Of a stretch of 64,000 nucleotides of DNA, positions 1 through 14,503 are shown in pieces. The notes beneath the pieces are model-generated. The model was not told where the DNA came from. It did not search any database and saw only the letters and a program-made list of their open reading frames with translations. The stretch is from the human T2T-CHM13v2.0 reference genome, Homo sapiens. The number at the start of each line of letters is the position of its first letter. Position 1 is the first letter of the stretch. The position numbers and the translations under genes are program-made. Location of the stretch: assembly GCF_009914755.1 (NCBI RefSeq), contig NC_060926.1. The stretch is one strand, 5' to 3'.

Positions 1-1880
1 TGTGCTATTATACTACTTTGTAAGTTATAGATGTTAATAACTGAAAAAATATAAAATTATTATGGTATAGACATGAAAATAAATTATTTCCAGTGGAGGT
101 TCAATTAACTTTCCTTCCTCAATATAAAAGAATCAAATTTTGCCTTAATTTGCACATTCGTTTTACTATTTCTGATTGAAAAATGTCATTTTGTTTAGGT
201 TGTCCATTGAATTGGTTATAATACCTTATTAGCTTCCTCATTAACAGTAAGTTAAACAAAATCTTTAACACACGTTGATTTTATATCTGCCTGTCTCATG
301 ATTTTACTTTTGATTATTTAATAAAATGGAAAAGCAAATAATAACAATACTAATGAAAATGGTTATTAAGAGCTACTCACTATTACACATGAACAAACTC
401 CCTTAATTCCAAGCTAGACCCCATACCACTGAATTTCTGCCATCTGGTGAACTTTAATGCAATTGTTCTAAGCCTTTTTTTTTTCTTTTTTTTTTTCTTT
501 TTTTTCCCTTGAGGCCTAGAACCCACTCTAAAAAGCAAGATTATTTTTCTTTGTACCGAGCCCTCAAACTGGAACATCAAAAACTGACGGGGTTATAAAT
601 GTTTCCAAGAATAAAACACAGACAGCCTAATGATTTAGTAAGCAAGAAAGAGAATGTGTAGATGAAAATAAGTCTTACATATATTCTTACTGTGATAATT
701 TAATCAAAGTAAATATCACTCCTGAAATGGAGCCCTAAGAAAGGGCTATGTTAAAGTTTTTTTGGCTAAATCATCACTCAAAATTTTTTGAAATAAAAGA
801 AATTTGTGTGAGGCCAGCAAAATATTGTTTTTTATTTAAATATTGTTATATTACTCCTATCTACAAACAATTCTGTTTCCTTTAAATGTAGAAGTTATAG
901 GACTGCATTCCTATTTCAATTCTGTAAGTTACTTTTGAGATAGTAACGGATTGTTAGAAATAATATGATATAAAGTATGAAAGAATTAATTACATGATAT
1001 CTTTTCCTCATTTCCTTCAGAAGTCTGTATTGCCTGTCTAAAGTACTATTCATTATTTTATGAAAGTTGAAGAAAAATTCAAAATGTTTTATTATTCATT
1101 CTGATATGTGAATATGAAATATGCTTTATCTGTCTCATTATTTGTTAAATTGAAATTTTAGGGGGAAATACTCTGTAATACTTTTGAAATGAGAGTGTTT
1201 CATAGAGAAGTAGGAAAAGATATATTATGAACAGAAACTAAAGCATTCTGTTGTACTTAACAAGGCTCAATGAAAGATAAATACTATACATATGTACTAA
1301 TAATATAGTCAATGGCTTGTTTAATTTGAATTCAAAAATGAATATTTACATATTGCACTCTAGCACTTTCGCACATGTCATATACTAAGAATGATAGTGA
1401 AAACTAGAATATGTACAGATGAACTAAAATAGAAGCCATCTAATAGTAAAGCAGCTACGGAAATAAGGCACACATTGTTATACGGTGCTTCACTTTATTG
1501 TAATTCGCAGATACTGCATTTTTTCACGATCGAAGGCTTGTTATAGCCCTATATCAAGTAAGTCAGCCAGTGCCAATTTTCCAACAGCATGTGCTCACTC
1601 TGTTCTCTGTATCACATTTTGGTAATTCTCACAACATTTTAAACATTTTCATTATTATATCAGTTATGATGATCTGTGATCAGTAATCTCTGATGTTACT
1701 ATTGTAATTGTTTTGGGATGCCATGGATGGTGCCCATATAAAAAAGTGAGTTTAATCAATAAATATCCCATCTGTTCTTACTGCTCTACCAACCAGCCAT
1801 TCCTCCATCTCTCTCCTCTTCAGGTCCCTCTATTTTCTGAGACACAACAATGTTGAATTAGGCCAAGTAACAACCTTAAA

Positions 1881-3210
1881 ATGGCTTCTAAATGTTCAAT
1901 TAAAAGGAAAAGTCACACATCTCTCACTTCGAATCAAAAGCTAGAAATGATTAACATTCATGAGGAAGGCATGTCAAAAGCCAAGATAGGCTAAAAACTA
2001 GGCTTCTTGTGCCAAACAGTCAAATTGTGAATGTAAAGGAAAAGTTATTGACAAAAATTTAAAGTGCTACCCCAGTGAACAAATAAGAATGTGAAACACC
2101 CTTATTGCTGATATGGAGAAAGTTTGAGTGATGTGGATAAAAGACCAAACCAGCCACAGCACTGCCTTAAGCCAAAGCCTAATCTGGAGAAAGGTCATAA
2201 CTCTCTCCGAATCCATGAAGGCTGAGAGGTGAGGAGGCTGCAGAAGAAATGTCTGAAGCTAGCAGAGGTTGGTTCATGAGGTTTAAGGAAAGCCGTTTCC
2301 ATAACATAAAAATGCAAGGTAAAGCAGCAAGTGCTGATGCAGAAAATGCAACAAGTTATCCAGAAGCTCTAGCTACAATCGTTGATGAAGGTGCCTACGT
2401 TAAATGACAGATTTTCAATGTAGACAAAACAGCCTTATATTAGAAGATGCCATCTTGGACTTCCATAGCTAATATCTGGCTTTGAAACTTCAAAGAACTG
2501 ACAGATTCTCTTGTTAGGGGCCAATGTGGCAGGTGATTTGAAACCAATGCTTATTTTTCATTACAAAATCATAGGGCTATTATGACTTATGCTAAATCTA
2601 CTCTACCTGTGCTCTAATAAATGGAACAACAAAGCCTGGATGACAGCTCATTCTGTTTACAGCATGATTTACTGAATATTTAAAACTCACTGTTAAGATA
2701 AACTGTTCAGGAAAAGAAAAAAAAAAGTTCTTTCAAAATATTACTGTGTTCATTGACAGTGGACCTAGTCACCCAAAAGCTCTGATGGTGATATACAAAA
2801 GGATGAATGCTGTTTTCATGCCTGCTAACACAAATCCATTCTGCAACCCATGAATGAAGGAGTCATTGACTTTCAAGTCTTATTGTTTAGAAAATACACT
2901 TCGTAAGGAAAAGTGATTCCTCTGATGGATCTGGGCAAAGTAAATTGAAAACCTTCTGGAATGAATTCACCATTCTAGATGTCATTAAGAACATTTGTGA
3001 TTCATAGGAGGAGGTCAAAACATCGATATTCACAGGAGTTTGGAAGAAGTTGATTCCAGCCCTCACAGATGACTTTGAAAGGTTTAATACTTCAGTGGAG
3101 GAAGTAACTGAAGATATGGTGGAAATAGCAAGAGAACTAGAATTAGAAGTAGAGGTGGAAGATGTGACTGAATTGCTGAAATCTCATGATAAAATTATTG
3201 AATGGGTGAG
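1881..3210 (+). pseudogene. Decayed Tigger1 transposase (TIGD1/CENP-B-like)
   Basis: ATG at 1881 reads MASKCSIKRKSHTSLTSNQKLEMINIHEEGMSKAKIG*KLG, matching the TIGD1/Tigger1 N-terminus. Stops and frameshifts follow. End approximate. Confidence 0.85.
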
Positions 3211-3594
3211 GAATTACCTCTTATAGATAAGCAAAGAAAGTAGTTTCTTGAGATGGTATCTATGTCTGGTGAAGATGCTCTGAATGTTGTTGGGATAACA
3301 ACCAAGAATTTCGAGTATTATATAAACTTAGTCGATAAAGCAGCAGTAGGGTTTGATAGGACTGAATCAAATTTTGAAGGAAGTTCTATTATGGGCAAAA
3401 TGCTATCAAACAGCACTGAATGCTACAGAGAAACCTTTTGTGAAAGGAAGAGTCAATTCATGTAGCAAACTTTATTCTTGTCTTATTTCAATAAATTTCC
3501 ACAGCCATTCCTATTTTTAGCAACCACCATTCTGATCAGTCAGCAGCCAACAATATCGAGGAAGGACTGTCCACCAGCAAAGAGATTAGGATGT

Positions 3595-3890
3595 GCCAGG
3601 TGCGGTAGCACATGCCTGTAGTCCCAGCTACTCAGGAGGCTGAGGCAGGAAGATCAATTGAGCCCAGGAGTTCTATGCTGTGGTGCACTATTCCAATCAG
3701 GTGTCTGCACTAATTGAAGCATCACTATGGTGACATTCTGGGAGTAGGGGACTACCAGGTTGACTAAGGAGGGATTAAATAGCTCAGGAAATAAACAGAG
3801 CAGGTCTAAACTCCCATGCTGATCAGTAGTGGGATTGTTTCTGTGAAAAACCACTGTACTCCAGGGGCAACATAGTGACACCCTGTATCT
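3595..3890 (+). pseudogene. 7SL (SRP) RNA processed pseudogene (RN7SL-type), full length
   Basis: Alu-domain ends enclose the S domain (CATCACTATGGTGAC...CCAGGTTGACTAAGGAGGG...GAGCAGGTC...GCTGATCAGTAGTGGGAT). A-rich tail 3891-3922. Degenerate TSD AAAGAGATTAGGATGT / AAAAGATTATGACT. Confidence 0.93.
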
Positions 3891-4599
3891 AAATTTAAAA
3901 AATAAAATAAAATAATTTTAAGAAAAGATTATGACTTGAAGGCTCAGATGATTGTTACCATTTTCAGCTAACATTTTAATTAAGGTATTTACATTGTCTT
4001 TTAGACATAATAGTATTACACACTTAAGAGACCAGCAGATAGTATAAACATAACTTTTATATGCACTGAGAAACCAAAAACACTGAGTAACACATTATTG
4101 TGATATTAACTTTTATTATGGTAGTCTGGAATCAAACCTGCAATATCTCTAAGGTATGCCTATACCATGCATATAATTCTACAAAAAAATAAAATTTGAA
4201 AAAAATATTTTCTGTGTCCAAAACATTTATATTTTAATGTTATAAAAACCAATCAAGCTTAGTATTTATTAATGAAGAATGTTTTAAAAGTTTCTGCACA
4301 TGCTCCTAAACAATGATGGAAGCTTGGTGCTTCCCCTGCTGACCATTTTCGATGGCATGTTCTAAAACAGGAAGATGAGAAAATCCCAAACATAAATTAA
4401 GAGAAAACCTGATGTGGTCAGAGAACAATTTCAGAAGGAGTGGCCAAGTGAGAAAACTGAAAGATAATTGTTTGTGATCAGACATTAGAAAGTTTAAAAT
4501 TAAGAATTCAGGAATGTTACAACTCTGATTTACTTCCATTACCTCCATGAAACTTTTAGCAACACCTTGATGCAAAACCGAAGTCTTATATTTCTTCAT

Positions 4600-6235
4600 T
4601 TGACACAAACAAATGGAAAAACATTCCATCCTCATAGATTGAAAAAATCAATATCATTGAAATGGCTATGCTGCACAGAGCAATCTGCAGATTCAATGCT
4701 ATTACTATCAAGTTACCCATATCATTTTTCAAAGTATTAGAAAAAAACAATTCTAAAATTCATATGGAGCCACTGAAGAGTCCAAATAACCAAAGCAATC
4801 CTAAGCAAAAGAATGAAGCTAGCTGAAGGCATCACATTATCTGATTTCAAACTATACTAGAAAGCTACAGTAACCAAAAGAGCATGGTACTGGTACAGAA
4901 ATAGACCAATGGAAAATAATGGAGAACCCAGAAATAAAGATTCATATCTACAGTCATCTGATCTTCAACAGAGTTGACAAGAAAATAAGCACTGGGGAAA
5001 TAACTCCCTAATTCAACGAACGGTGCTGGGATAGATGGCCGGCCATGTGCAGTGGAATGAAACTGGACATCTGCCTTTCACTATGTAGAGAAATTAACTC
5101 CAGATGGATTGAAGATTTAAATGTGATACTTCAAACAATAAGAATCCTATAAAAAACCTAGGAAATGCCATTCTGGACATCAGCCTTAGGAAAGAATTTA
5201 TGACCAAGTCCTCAAAAGCAATTGCAACAAAACCAAAAGTTGACAAGTGGGACCTAATTAAACTAAAGAACTCCTGCTTAGCAAAAGAAACTATCAAAAG
5301 AATAAACAGACAACCTAGAGAATGAGAGAAAATATTCAAACACTATGATCCAACAGAGGTCTAAGATCTAGAATCTATAATGAACTTACACAATTAAACA
5401 AGCAAAAAACAACCCCATTAAAAAGTGGACAAAATACATGAACAGACACTTCTCAAAAGAAGACATCCAAATGGCCAAAAATGTATTTTAAAAATGCTCA
5501 ACATCACTAATTATCAGAGAAATGCAAATCAAAACCACAATGAGAAACCATCTCACATCAGTCAGAATGGCTAAAAACAATAGAGGCTGGGGAGGCTTCA
5601 GAAAAAGGGAGATGCTTATACACTGTTGGTAGGAATGTAAATTGGTCCAGCCACTATGGAAAGGAGTTTGAAGATTTCTTAAAGTACTTAAAACAGAACT
5701 ACCATTTGACCCAGCAATCCCATTACTGGTATATACCCCCCCAAAAATAAATTGTTCTACCAGAAAGACACATGCACTCATATGTTCATTACAGCACTAT
5801 TAGCAATGGCAAAGACATGGAACCAACCTAGGTGCCCATCAATGGTAGACTGGATAAAGAAAATGTAGTACATGTCCACCATGGAATACTATGCAGCCAT
5901 AAAAAGGAAATCATGTCCTTTGCCATTATCCAATGCAAACTAACACAGGAACAGAAAACTTAATATCGCATGTTCTCACTTATAAGTGGGAGCTAAGCAT
6001 TGGTTACACATGAACATAAAGATGAGAACAATAGACAATGAGGACTACTAACTAAATGGGGGAAAACAGAGAGGGAGAAAAGTACTGAAAAACTACCTAT
6101 TGGGTACTATGCTCACTACCTGGGTGAGAATCGTTCATACCCCAAACCTCAGCATCATACAATATGCCCATGTAACAAACTTGTACATGTACCCGCTGAA
6201 TCTAAAAGTTGAAATTATTTTTTAAAATTAAAAAC
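4600..6235 (+). mobile_element. 5'-truncated L1 (ORF2 3' end + 3'UTR), L1PA15/16-like
   Basis: ORF2 motifs (GCAGATTCAATGCTATT, CATGGTACTGGTAC, GACCCAGCAATCCCATTACTGG) and a 3'UTR containing GGGTACTATGCTCACTACCTGGGTG...CCCCAAACCTCAGCATC. Confidence 0.88.
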
Positions 6236-6519
6236 AAATTTACAAAAGTCTAATATTTCTATTGTTTTATTTTGCCATTGTTGTTGATTTAGCCTCATTT
6301 GTATTTATTTCTGACTGCCTTTTATATTTTATTTACAAAAAGTGCATAGTTGAGAATATAAGCTCTGGTGAACAGGCTTATATTCAAATCTAAGCCCTAT
6401 CACTATCTAACTCTTCTACTTTCTCAGCTATCAAATAGAGCACTTGGATATTTATCGTCTTGAGCTACAATATCTCAAATTCTATTTTTAATATGGCTGT
6501 CTAGATGTGAACTAGGCAT

Positions 6520-6669
6520 TTTATTTATGTATTTATGTACTTATTTATTTTCTAGAGATAGGGTCTTGCTATTTTTCCCAGCCTGGTCTTGAACTCCTGG
6601 AATCCAAGAATCCTCCCACCTCAGCTTCCCAAGAGGCTAGGATTACAGGTATGCACCACTGCACCCAGC
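6520..6669 (-). mobile_element. FLAM (Alu monomer)
   Basis: Single Alu arm in reverse orientation with a T-rich tail. Confidence 0.75.
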
Positions 6670-6703
6670 TAAAGCCTTAAAAAAAAACAAAACTTCTATG
6701 TTC

Positions 6704-7303
<600 letters not shown>

Positions 7304-7724
7304 TTAACTTTCTAATTTAACTGTCATAAGACTGCAGTTTGAAAAATGTTAAAGAAATACTCGGTTCCCAAATTAAATTTTAAAACCCAAGAAATCTTTT
7401 ATTTTCTATTTCTTAATGTTGGTTATGAAAGTATTGAACAAATGTTTATAGAAAGTGTTTTTTTAGGTTTATTAGAACTATTCTCTCACTGAGGCTACCT
7501 CATATACATACAGCCTTAAATATTTAAATGTAATCTAAGCATGAAACAAGTATCTCAAAACAAGTGTTTAAAAATGTGTATATAACAGTGGCAAATCTTG
7601 ATAGGACAGTTCTTTTATGATTAATTATAGGCAACTGAAACATAAAATAATATTGAAATATTATCTGTCTTGTGTTAGATGAGAGCTGACTAATTTTGTG
7701 TGTGATAGAATGCAACAACATTCT

Positions 7725-7900
7725 GCATACCTGGTGTCCAATCCAGCTTTGCTTCTTGTTGAAAGTGCAACCTAATTCTTTTTACTTAACCTTGCTTGGC
7801 TTCAATTTTCTCATGTGAATTGGGATTAATGGAATTTCCCCCACCTCCCCCAATCTGAATTTGAGATTGAATAAAATAATTAACATGAAGTATTATTACA
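7725..7900 (+). mobile_element. MIR fragment
   Basis: Core-like TTACTTAACCTT...CTTCAATTTTCTCATGTGAATTGGGATTAAT. Confidence 0.5.
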
Positions 7901-8904
7901 AAAACGAATGTTGTTAATATGAATTCATACACACAGTTTTTAAATTCACATATAGAAGATTTGATCTACGCTTAAGCTAAAGCGATACAGAGTAAATAAG
8001 ACAGGTGGACAACCAGCATGCTCAGTGGAGAGCATTAATATACATGATTGCTATTTCTTTTCTTTTCATAGAAAATGGCTTCTTTTAGAGCATTATTTCT
8101 TAAATAATGGGAGTTTCTATATGTGACCATTAAAAATACTATATAATTGTAGTCATAGTAGCATAGGCTGTAGGTTTCTAATTTCCTTCTTAAGAACAAC
8201 TACACACAGATATTGAGATCACCATTAGCAACGCAATATCCAAAATATTTTTTAAGGAAGGACTAAAGAACACATGAAAAAGGACAGATATATTATACTC
8301 AGGTGGATTGCCTAGATACCTGACTTCTACAAAAGGTAATATCTCAATGACATACCAATAAAAATCTCCATGTGATTCTTTAGAGAGAGTAGTGGGTTAA
8401 TTTTTAGGTAAAAGCACACAAACCTATGAAAATGCTAAAAAAGAATTGTGATGAGGATTTGCTCAGCAGATAGTCAAATGCTTTAGAGCTACTGTGTTTG
8501 TGTGTGTGTCACTGTGTTGCTTGTACAAAAACAAAAAAAAAGGCTAAATACAAGACGCACAGTTAATTAGGTACACAAAAACTTAAATTTTTGTATCACA
8601 GCATGGAACAACATAAATTCAAGTAAATTAAAGAGTTAAAAAATCAAAGTAAAATACAAGAAGCAAATATAAGGTAATACCACTATAAATTAGTACAGAA
8701 ACAACGATCTAAATAAAAATGAGAGAATGAGATTATTGTGACATAAAAACAAACATGTTACATCAACATAATGGTAAAAAATTTTTTAAAAAATGATAAA
8801 TTAAAAAACTTGTTAGTGAAAAATTTGACTGAAAATTATCTTCAATAATAAAATATATTTATTTTTCCATATTTTTATGATAACCTTTTTAAAAATTACA
8901 TTTA

Positions 8905-9810
8905 CTTTTAAAAATTTTATTATGGTAAGAACATTTAACACAAGATCTACGTTCTTAACAAATGTTTAAGTATTGTTAACTCTGGCCACGATGTCATACA
9001 TCAAATCTCTAGAATTTACTCAACTTGCATACCTGAAACTGCCTGTTAAACAGAAGTTCCTCATTTCTGTATCCCTCCAGCCCATGGTAAGCACTAATCT
9101 ACTGTTTCCGTGAGTTTGACTATTTTAGATATCTAGTGTAAGTGGAATTATTCAGTATTTGTACTCCTATGACTGGCTTACACAGATTGGCTACAGATTC
9201 GTTCACCTTGTCTCATATGGCAGAATTTCCTTCTTTTTCAAGGCTGAATTGTATTCAATTGTGTATATATGCCAAACTTTCTCCTTTCATCTGTTGATAC
9301 ACACTTAGGTTCTTTCCACGTCTTGGTTATTTTGAATAATTCTGCAATGAACACGAGAGTGCACATACCTCCTCTAGATGCTGATTTCAGCTCTTTTGGA
9401 TAAATATCTAGAAAGAGAATTGCTGGATCATATAGTAGATCTATTTCTAATTTTTTGAGGAACCTCTATACTCTTTTCCATAAAGGCTGTATCATTTTAC
9501 ATTCCTGAGAGATGACAAAGGTCCCAATTTCCCCACATCCTTGCCAACACTTGTTACATTTTATCTTTTGATAATAATTAATTTGTGTGAGGTGATATGT
9601 TATTGAGGTTTTGATTTACATTTATCCAGTGATTAGTGATATTGTGTATCTTTTCATATAACTGTTGGCCATATTTATGTCTTCTTTAGATGTCTACTTA
9701 AATCATTTGCCCATTTTGAAATCAGGTTACTGGTAGGTTGTTTGTTTGTTTTTGTTTTTGCTATTCAGTTGTAGGGGTTCCTTGTATAGCAGCTGGGATA
9801 CTGATCCCTC
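8905..9810 (-). mobile_element. L1MA9/L1MB-type 3' end
   Basis: TATGGTAAGAACATTTAACACAAGATCTAC..., ATTGCTGGATCATATAGTAG and TTTTTGAGGAACCTC are reverse-strand L1 3' motifs. Confidence 0.8.
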
Positions 9811-10899
9811 ATGAAAAATCTGGTAAACTTTCTTCAGCAAAAGTCAAGTTTCTTCAGCACAAGTCAACTTAGAAACAATATAAAATGACAATTTAATTTT
9901 TTAAGCGAGAAAAAGGACAAAAAGGAAGATTAACGGAAGAAGGCAAGTAGCCAAAGTCACTGATAAACATTTATCTTCACCAGTAAATAAAATGAATGCA
10001 AATTTTGAAAATGACATTCTATCTTTGTCAATTTAGCTAATTTTTTTTAAAAATTATGTAAGAATAAGAGATAGCAATAAGCATTGTCATTTTCTGTTTG
10101 GGAGACTATATTACTATAACGTTTCAGAGAAAGATGCAATTTGGAAATGTGTGTAAATACATTTATAAGAGGTAAAAGTGACCCAGTAATTCTGATATAA
10201 ATAATTTTAGTCTTCAGTTAATAAGCAGCGATATATAATGTATTAATGTTGTAAATGAGTATTTGTTCAGGTTTTGTTTGTAACACATAAAAATAGAAAA
10301 CAAACTAAATATTTAATGTGTAAGAAGTTGCATAACTCTTCATATAGCCATAGCTTGAAGATATATCAGAAAAAATACTTATATATAAAAAAGTAAAATA
10401 ATGTTGACAGAGAAAGTTGTAAGTAAGGGTGTCAGAGTCACTTTTTAGAATATGTCACAGTAAAATTGACTTGCATTCACTAAGATAGTGAGGGTAGAAA
10501 GATGATTTACCTATAAGTAAATTGTAATGAACTGGTATGAATTAAAATAATTGCTGTATATTATTTATAAATCAACAATAGAAAATTAACTGTATTGTTC
10601 ATATACAATTTAGTTAATGTAATATTTAACCCAACAATGTTTTTATTAACCCTTTATTTCTGTGGTAGGTTTTTCCATTTTGATAATTAAAACCCTTAAT
10701 ATACATAGAATTTCATAATGTGATGTGATTCAATAAAAGAAAGATATCCCAGGCAAGATGAAATCAGCTGATGGAAATTTCCTTTCTAATTCATCCATCT
10801 GAAACGAGTTACCATAGCAAAAAATAAACCTAGCCTGTCTACCATTGGTCTTGCAGTCTTGGAACCATTTATGATTGCCACATTTCCCTTCACCAAATG

Positions 10900-11115
10900 A
10901 GGCTAATAGTGATCATTCTGACATAATTCATGCAGCTATGGCACTTTACAGACTTCAAGTAGACACAATAATTATCTACTGTTCTCAAAAAAACTCCTGT
11001 GAGGCAGGCAAATTGACAAGGAAATCCATGAGGCTCAGATGCATAACCAAAATCCTAACATCACACTGATAATAAATGGTAGAAATGATACCCTCTTCCT
11101 TTTTCTAGTCCTGAC
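10900..11115 (-). mobile_element. MIR
   Basis: CTCCTGTGAGGCAGGC...GGAAATCCATGAGGCTCAGA...ATAAATGGTAGA core. Confidence 0.55.
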
Positions 11116-12059
11116 TCCATTAAACACACTTGTTGAAGATCAGTATATGAGAATTCCTAATTTTCTGCTGTATAAATCAAATGAATAAAAATGGTTTTGT
11201 GCATGCTTGTATGTGTTTTTATGTATATGTATATGTATGTATATGCTGAGTTGCCATTAAGTGGTTTTAATGTAACTTAATTCACAAATTTTAATGACCA
11301 CGCAAATTACTTGGGGATTATTTTACCATTAGTAATCCGGCCAGAGAATGGATGAAGTATGGGATTTCCATTTGTAACAAGTTTTTTGCCTGTTCATGGA
11401 CACACTTTACAAAGACTGATCTTAATTTTAATATTTTTTTCTTTATTCAAGAATGTCAAAATAAGCAAGAAAAAATTTCTCAACTTGACCATTTATGTAT
11501 TGCTTTCTTTCTCACCTATACAAAGAAAGGTATATACCTTCATCATAATCCGAACACCCAAAGGCACATTTAAATATTTTATTTCTTTCTACTTATAAGC
11601 AATGCCATGTCTCAGAAAGATTAAAGAGATAGAAACCCTGCAGTAAAAAAATCAATGATTTAAGATGTAATTAAGTTTAGATTTTCAAACTATCACAACC
11701 CTCCTAGTTTTTCAACTGATGGTCTTTGCACACCAACGTGACAGATTCTTGATTCTTTCCCTCTTGCCGACAAAAATAAAGATGATAAAGGGTCTGTAAA
11801 ACCATTTTGTTACTAGAATTTATGCAAAATTTGTTTTTCCTGCCTTTAGGAGAAAGAATACTTTCACTTTTTTCTTGTCAAAGGAGAATGTAGTTTGGGA
11901 TCCTGAATATTATGTTTGGGTCATCTGACTTTCAAGCCCTTTATTAAAGATGGCAGCTAGTAATGCATGTAACATTTGTATATAGGAAACTTCTTCTGCA
12001 AGGCATTTGTATTTTACTGTGTGACTTCTGGACAGAATTCTTTTTGGTTATTTTGTTTT

Positions 12060-12470
12060 CTAAAAACGTTCTAATTTTAGAATATTTCTAGAAATGTGAA
12101 GATAGAACAGATAGCTATCACATACACCACACTGAGTTTTTCCCATTGCCAACATCTTACATTAGTATATTTGTCACAATTAACTAACCAATATTACTAT
12201 ATCATTATTCACTAAAGCTCAGACTTGCTCAGATTTCCTTAATTTTCATCATCTAAAATCCTTTTTCTCTTCAAAGATTTCATCCAGGATACCAAATTAC
12301 TTGGAGTCTTCATGCCTTCCTAGGCTCCTTTTAGCTGTAACTGTGTTTCAGATTTTCTTGTTTTGAATGACATTGAGAGTTTTGATGATTAGGGATCAGG
12401 TATTTATACCCAATCCAAAGGGTCGAATTTATCTGTTTTTTTCATAATCAGACTGAAGTTATGGGTTACC
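12060..12470 (-). mobile_element. Old L1 (L1MC/MD-type) 3'UTR fragment
   Basis: AACATCTTACATTAG...TTTGTCACAATTAACTAACCAATATT...CATCCAGGATACCA. Confidence 0.65.
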
Positions 12471-12741
12471 ATAGAATGTTTTCCTGAACATTGTAAAATT
12501 ACATTAAAGCAAACTACAACTGAATTAAAAGTTTTGTATTTTGTAATAATGATGTCTCTCTATAAGTATGACAGTGTTGCAATCTTTTGACTCTGCCACA
12601 ACATTAGGACAAGTCAATAGTGTAGATCACTATTTACCCATCCAGTAGTCAGCACTCATACATCCAGCAGACAGGCTTGGACTCAGCCTGAGTTTGGGTG
12701 CTACTGATATTACCATCTTATGTTAAACGGTTTAAACCAAT

Positions 12742-13264
12742 TGTATTATAAATATATATTTTCAAATTTTATATGTATTATAATGTTTTGACATCTTAAA
12801 ACTCCTTTCTGGCTGGGGAGAGATTGTCCCTTCCTGATGATAATTCTTAGAAATGACAAAGGGTCTAGCTAGCAATGTGCCTTTGCTATACAAACAAATG
12901 AACCCAGAGCCATGCCTCCTCTATCTGACTTTTACACACCAGGAGGCAATAGCCCCCTGCCTAAACCATTCCAGGCCAGGTATCATGCAACTAGAATCTA
13001 CTGCTATAGGTTAGAGCCCACTGAAATTATTCAAACAAGCCATACTAAACTGCTTAACCTGCCCTGCCTTGCCTTTCTTGCTGAAAAATCCCAGTAAAGA
13101 CCAAGGTCTAATCCTCTCCCTCCCCCTACCACCTGTTGACATGGTGTATCTTGCCTCTGGTCTGTAAAACCTGAGAGTATAATAAACTCTGTTTCCCTCA
13201 GCCTTTCCTGCATTTCCTCTTGTGGCTGTACCTCACTGATCATCACATAAAAGAACACAAAACA
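12742..13264 (+). mobile_element. Solo LTR, MER74-like (ERVL)
   Basis: TG...CA termini, perfect 5-bp TSD CCAAT (12737-12741, 13265-13269), AATAAA near 13181, MER74-like GGGGAGAGATTGTCCC...AATTCTTAGAAAT. Confidence 0.8.
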
Positions 13265-14503
13265 CCAATTGAAGTAGTTTTTGATGCCTACGATGAACTT
13301 GTGAATAAAATATAATTGACCACCTTTCCATAAATATAAAACTTATAAAAGTTGCATTCTTTCTTCAGAACTTTTTTTTTTTTTTTTTTTTTAGTTTTTT
13401 GGCTGAGTTAGAGTTGGAAGCAGAAAAAGGCGAGTATTCTTCTCATGTCAAGGGATATATATTCCTATATTTTTTAATATGAATTAGTGGCAGGTTTCAC
13501 CAATCTCTGGTCGTTCCTGCCCTGCACTAATGAGGGATGCATGCCCACCTATTTGTTAACTTAGTCTTTTTTAGACTTTGAGTCAAATAAAGTGAGGCTT
13601 CATAGTATATTGCTGTTTTTACTTAACTATGAATAGGTATTACATAGGCTAACTGCACCCAATATATCAGCATTAGCCTCTGTTCTTTGTGCTTTCATTG
13701 TTCTAATAGTCACCAGTCAGCCGAACTGGCATTTTTCCCAGGTTCTGGTTTCTGGATTATATCCCACCTGACAATAAATGTAAGAAATTGTATATGGGGC
13801 AGCCTAGAAACCTAACTCTTTTGTTTTGTTTGCTTCTGCCAGTTTTTCTATGGCTGGACCCTGTTTCTACATTCTTATGTCACACCACACAGCATCTTGA
13901 TAGATCATTGAAACTATTGTTATGTAGAAGCTCTACCTTTTCCATATTCTGTCATATCATTGTGGAAATTTCCACTGTGGTGTGTAGATACATGGATGTG
14001 TCAAAAACAGGCGATATATATGGCCAAGTCTTTTGCTTCTAGTAGTAATATTAAATGTAACACATATGGCTAATATTTGGATTGACTACTTCAACACCTT
14101 ATCCAACCTTTCTCCTGGTGTGCTTTGTAGCTAAAACTATATTTTCTAGACTCCTTTTTGGCAAGTGTTCCCAAAGATATTGAAGGTCCACCAATCATAA
14201 TATTCATTTGACACTTGATCTTATAACTCAATTAAATGGGTAGAGAGAAGATATTGCAATGGCATTCATTTTGCTGGTGTAGATTTAGCAGTAATAGTTC
14301 AGGTGACATCATTCCCTAATGTGGCTTCTGACACTGGATTAGCTAAAGGGGTATTTTTTTTTTAATCTAATAGTTGTGGCTAGAGGTTCCTGGCCTCTCT
14401 ATGATGGCTAAGGTGGTAAGATATTTGAATAAGTAGTTCCTACAGCAACTGAGAAGTCATATTAGAAGGGTAGTTTCCCTGTGAAAAAGCCAGGTTGGTC
14501 CTG

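Larger units (their letters stand above)
1466..4162 (+). mobile_element. Tigger1 (TcMar/pogo-like) DNA transposon, near full length, interrupted by a 7SL retrocopy
   Basis: Ends AGGCACAC... and ...GGTATGCCT match the Tigger1 terminal inverted repeats. TA lies on both sides (1464-1465, 4163-4164). The interior follows the Tigger1 consensus as I recall it. Confidence 0.93.

Noticed and set aside
383-580. ORF with a poly-lysine run
   Set aside because: It comes from a T-rich homopolymer tract, with no splice acceptor or protein similarity.
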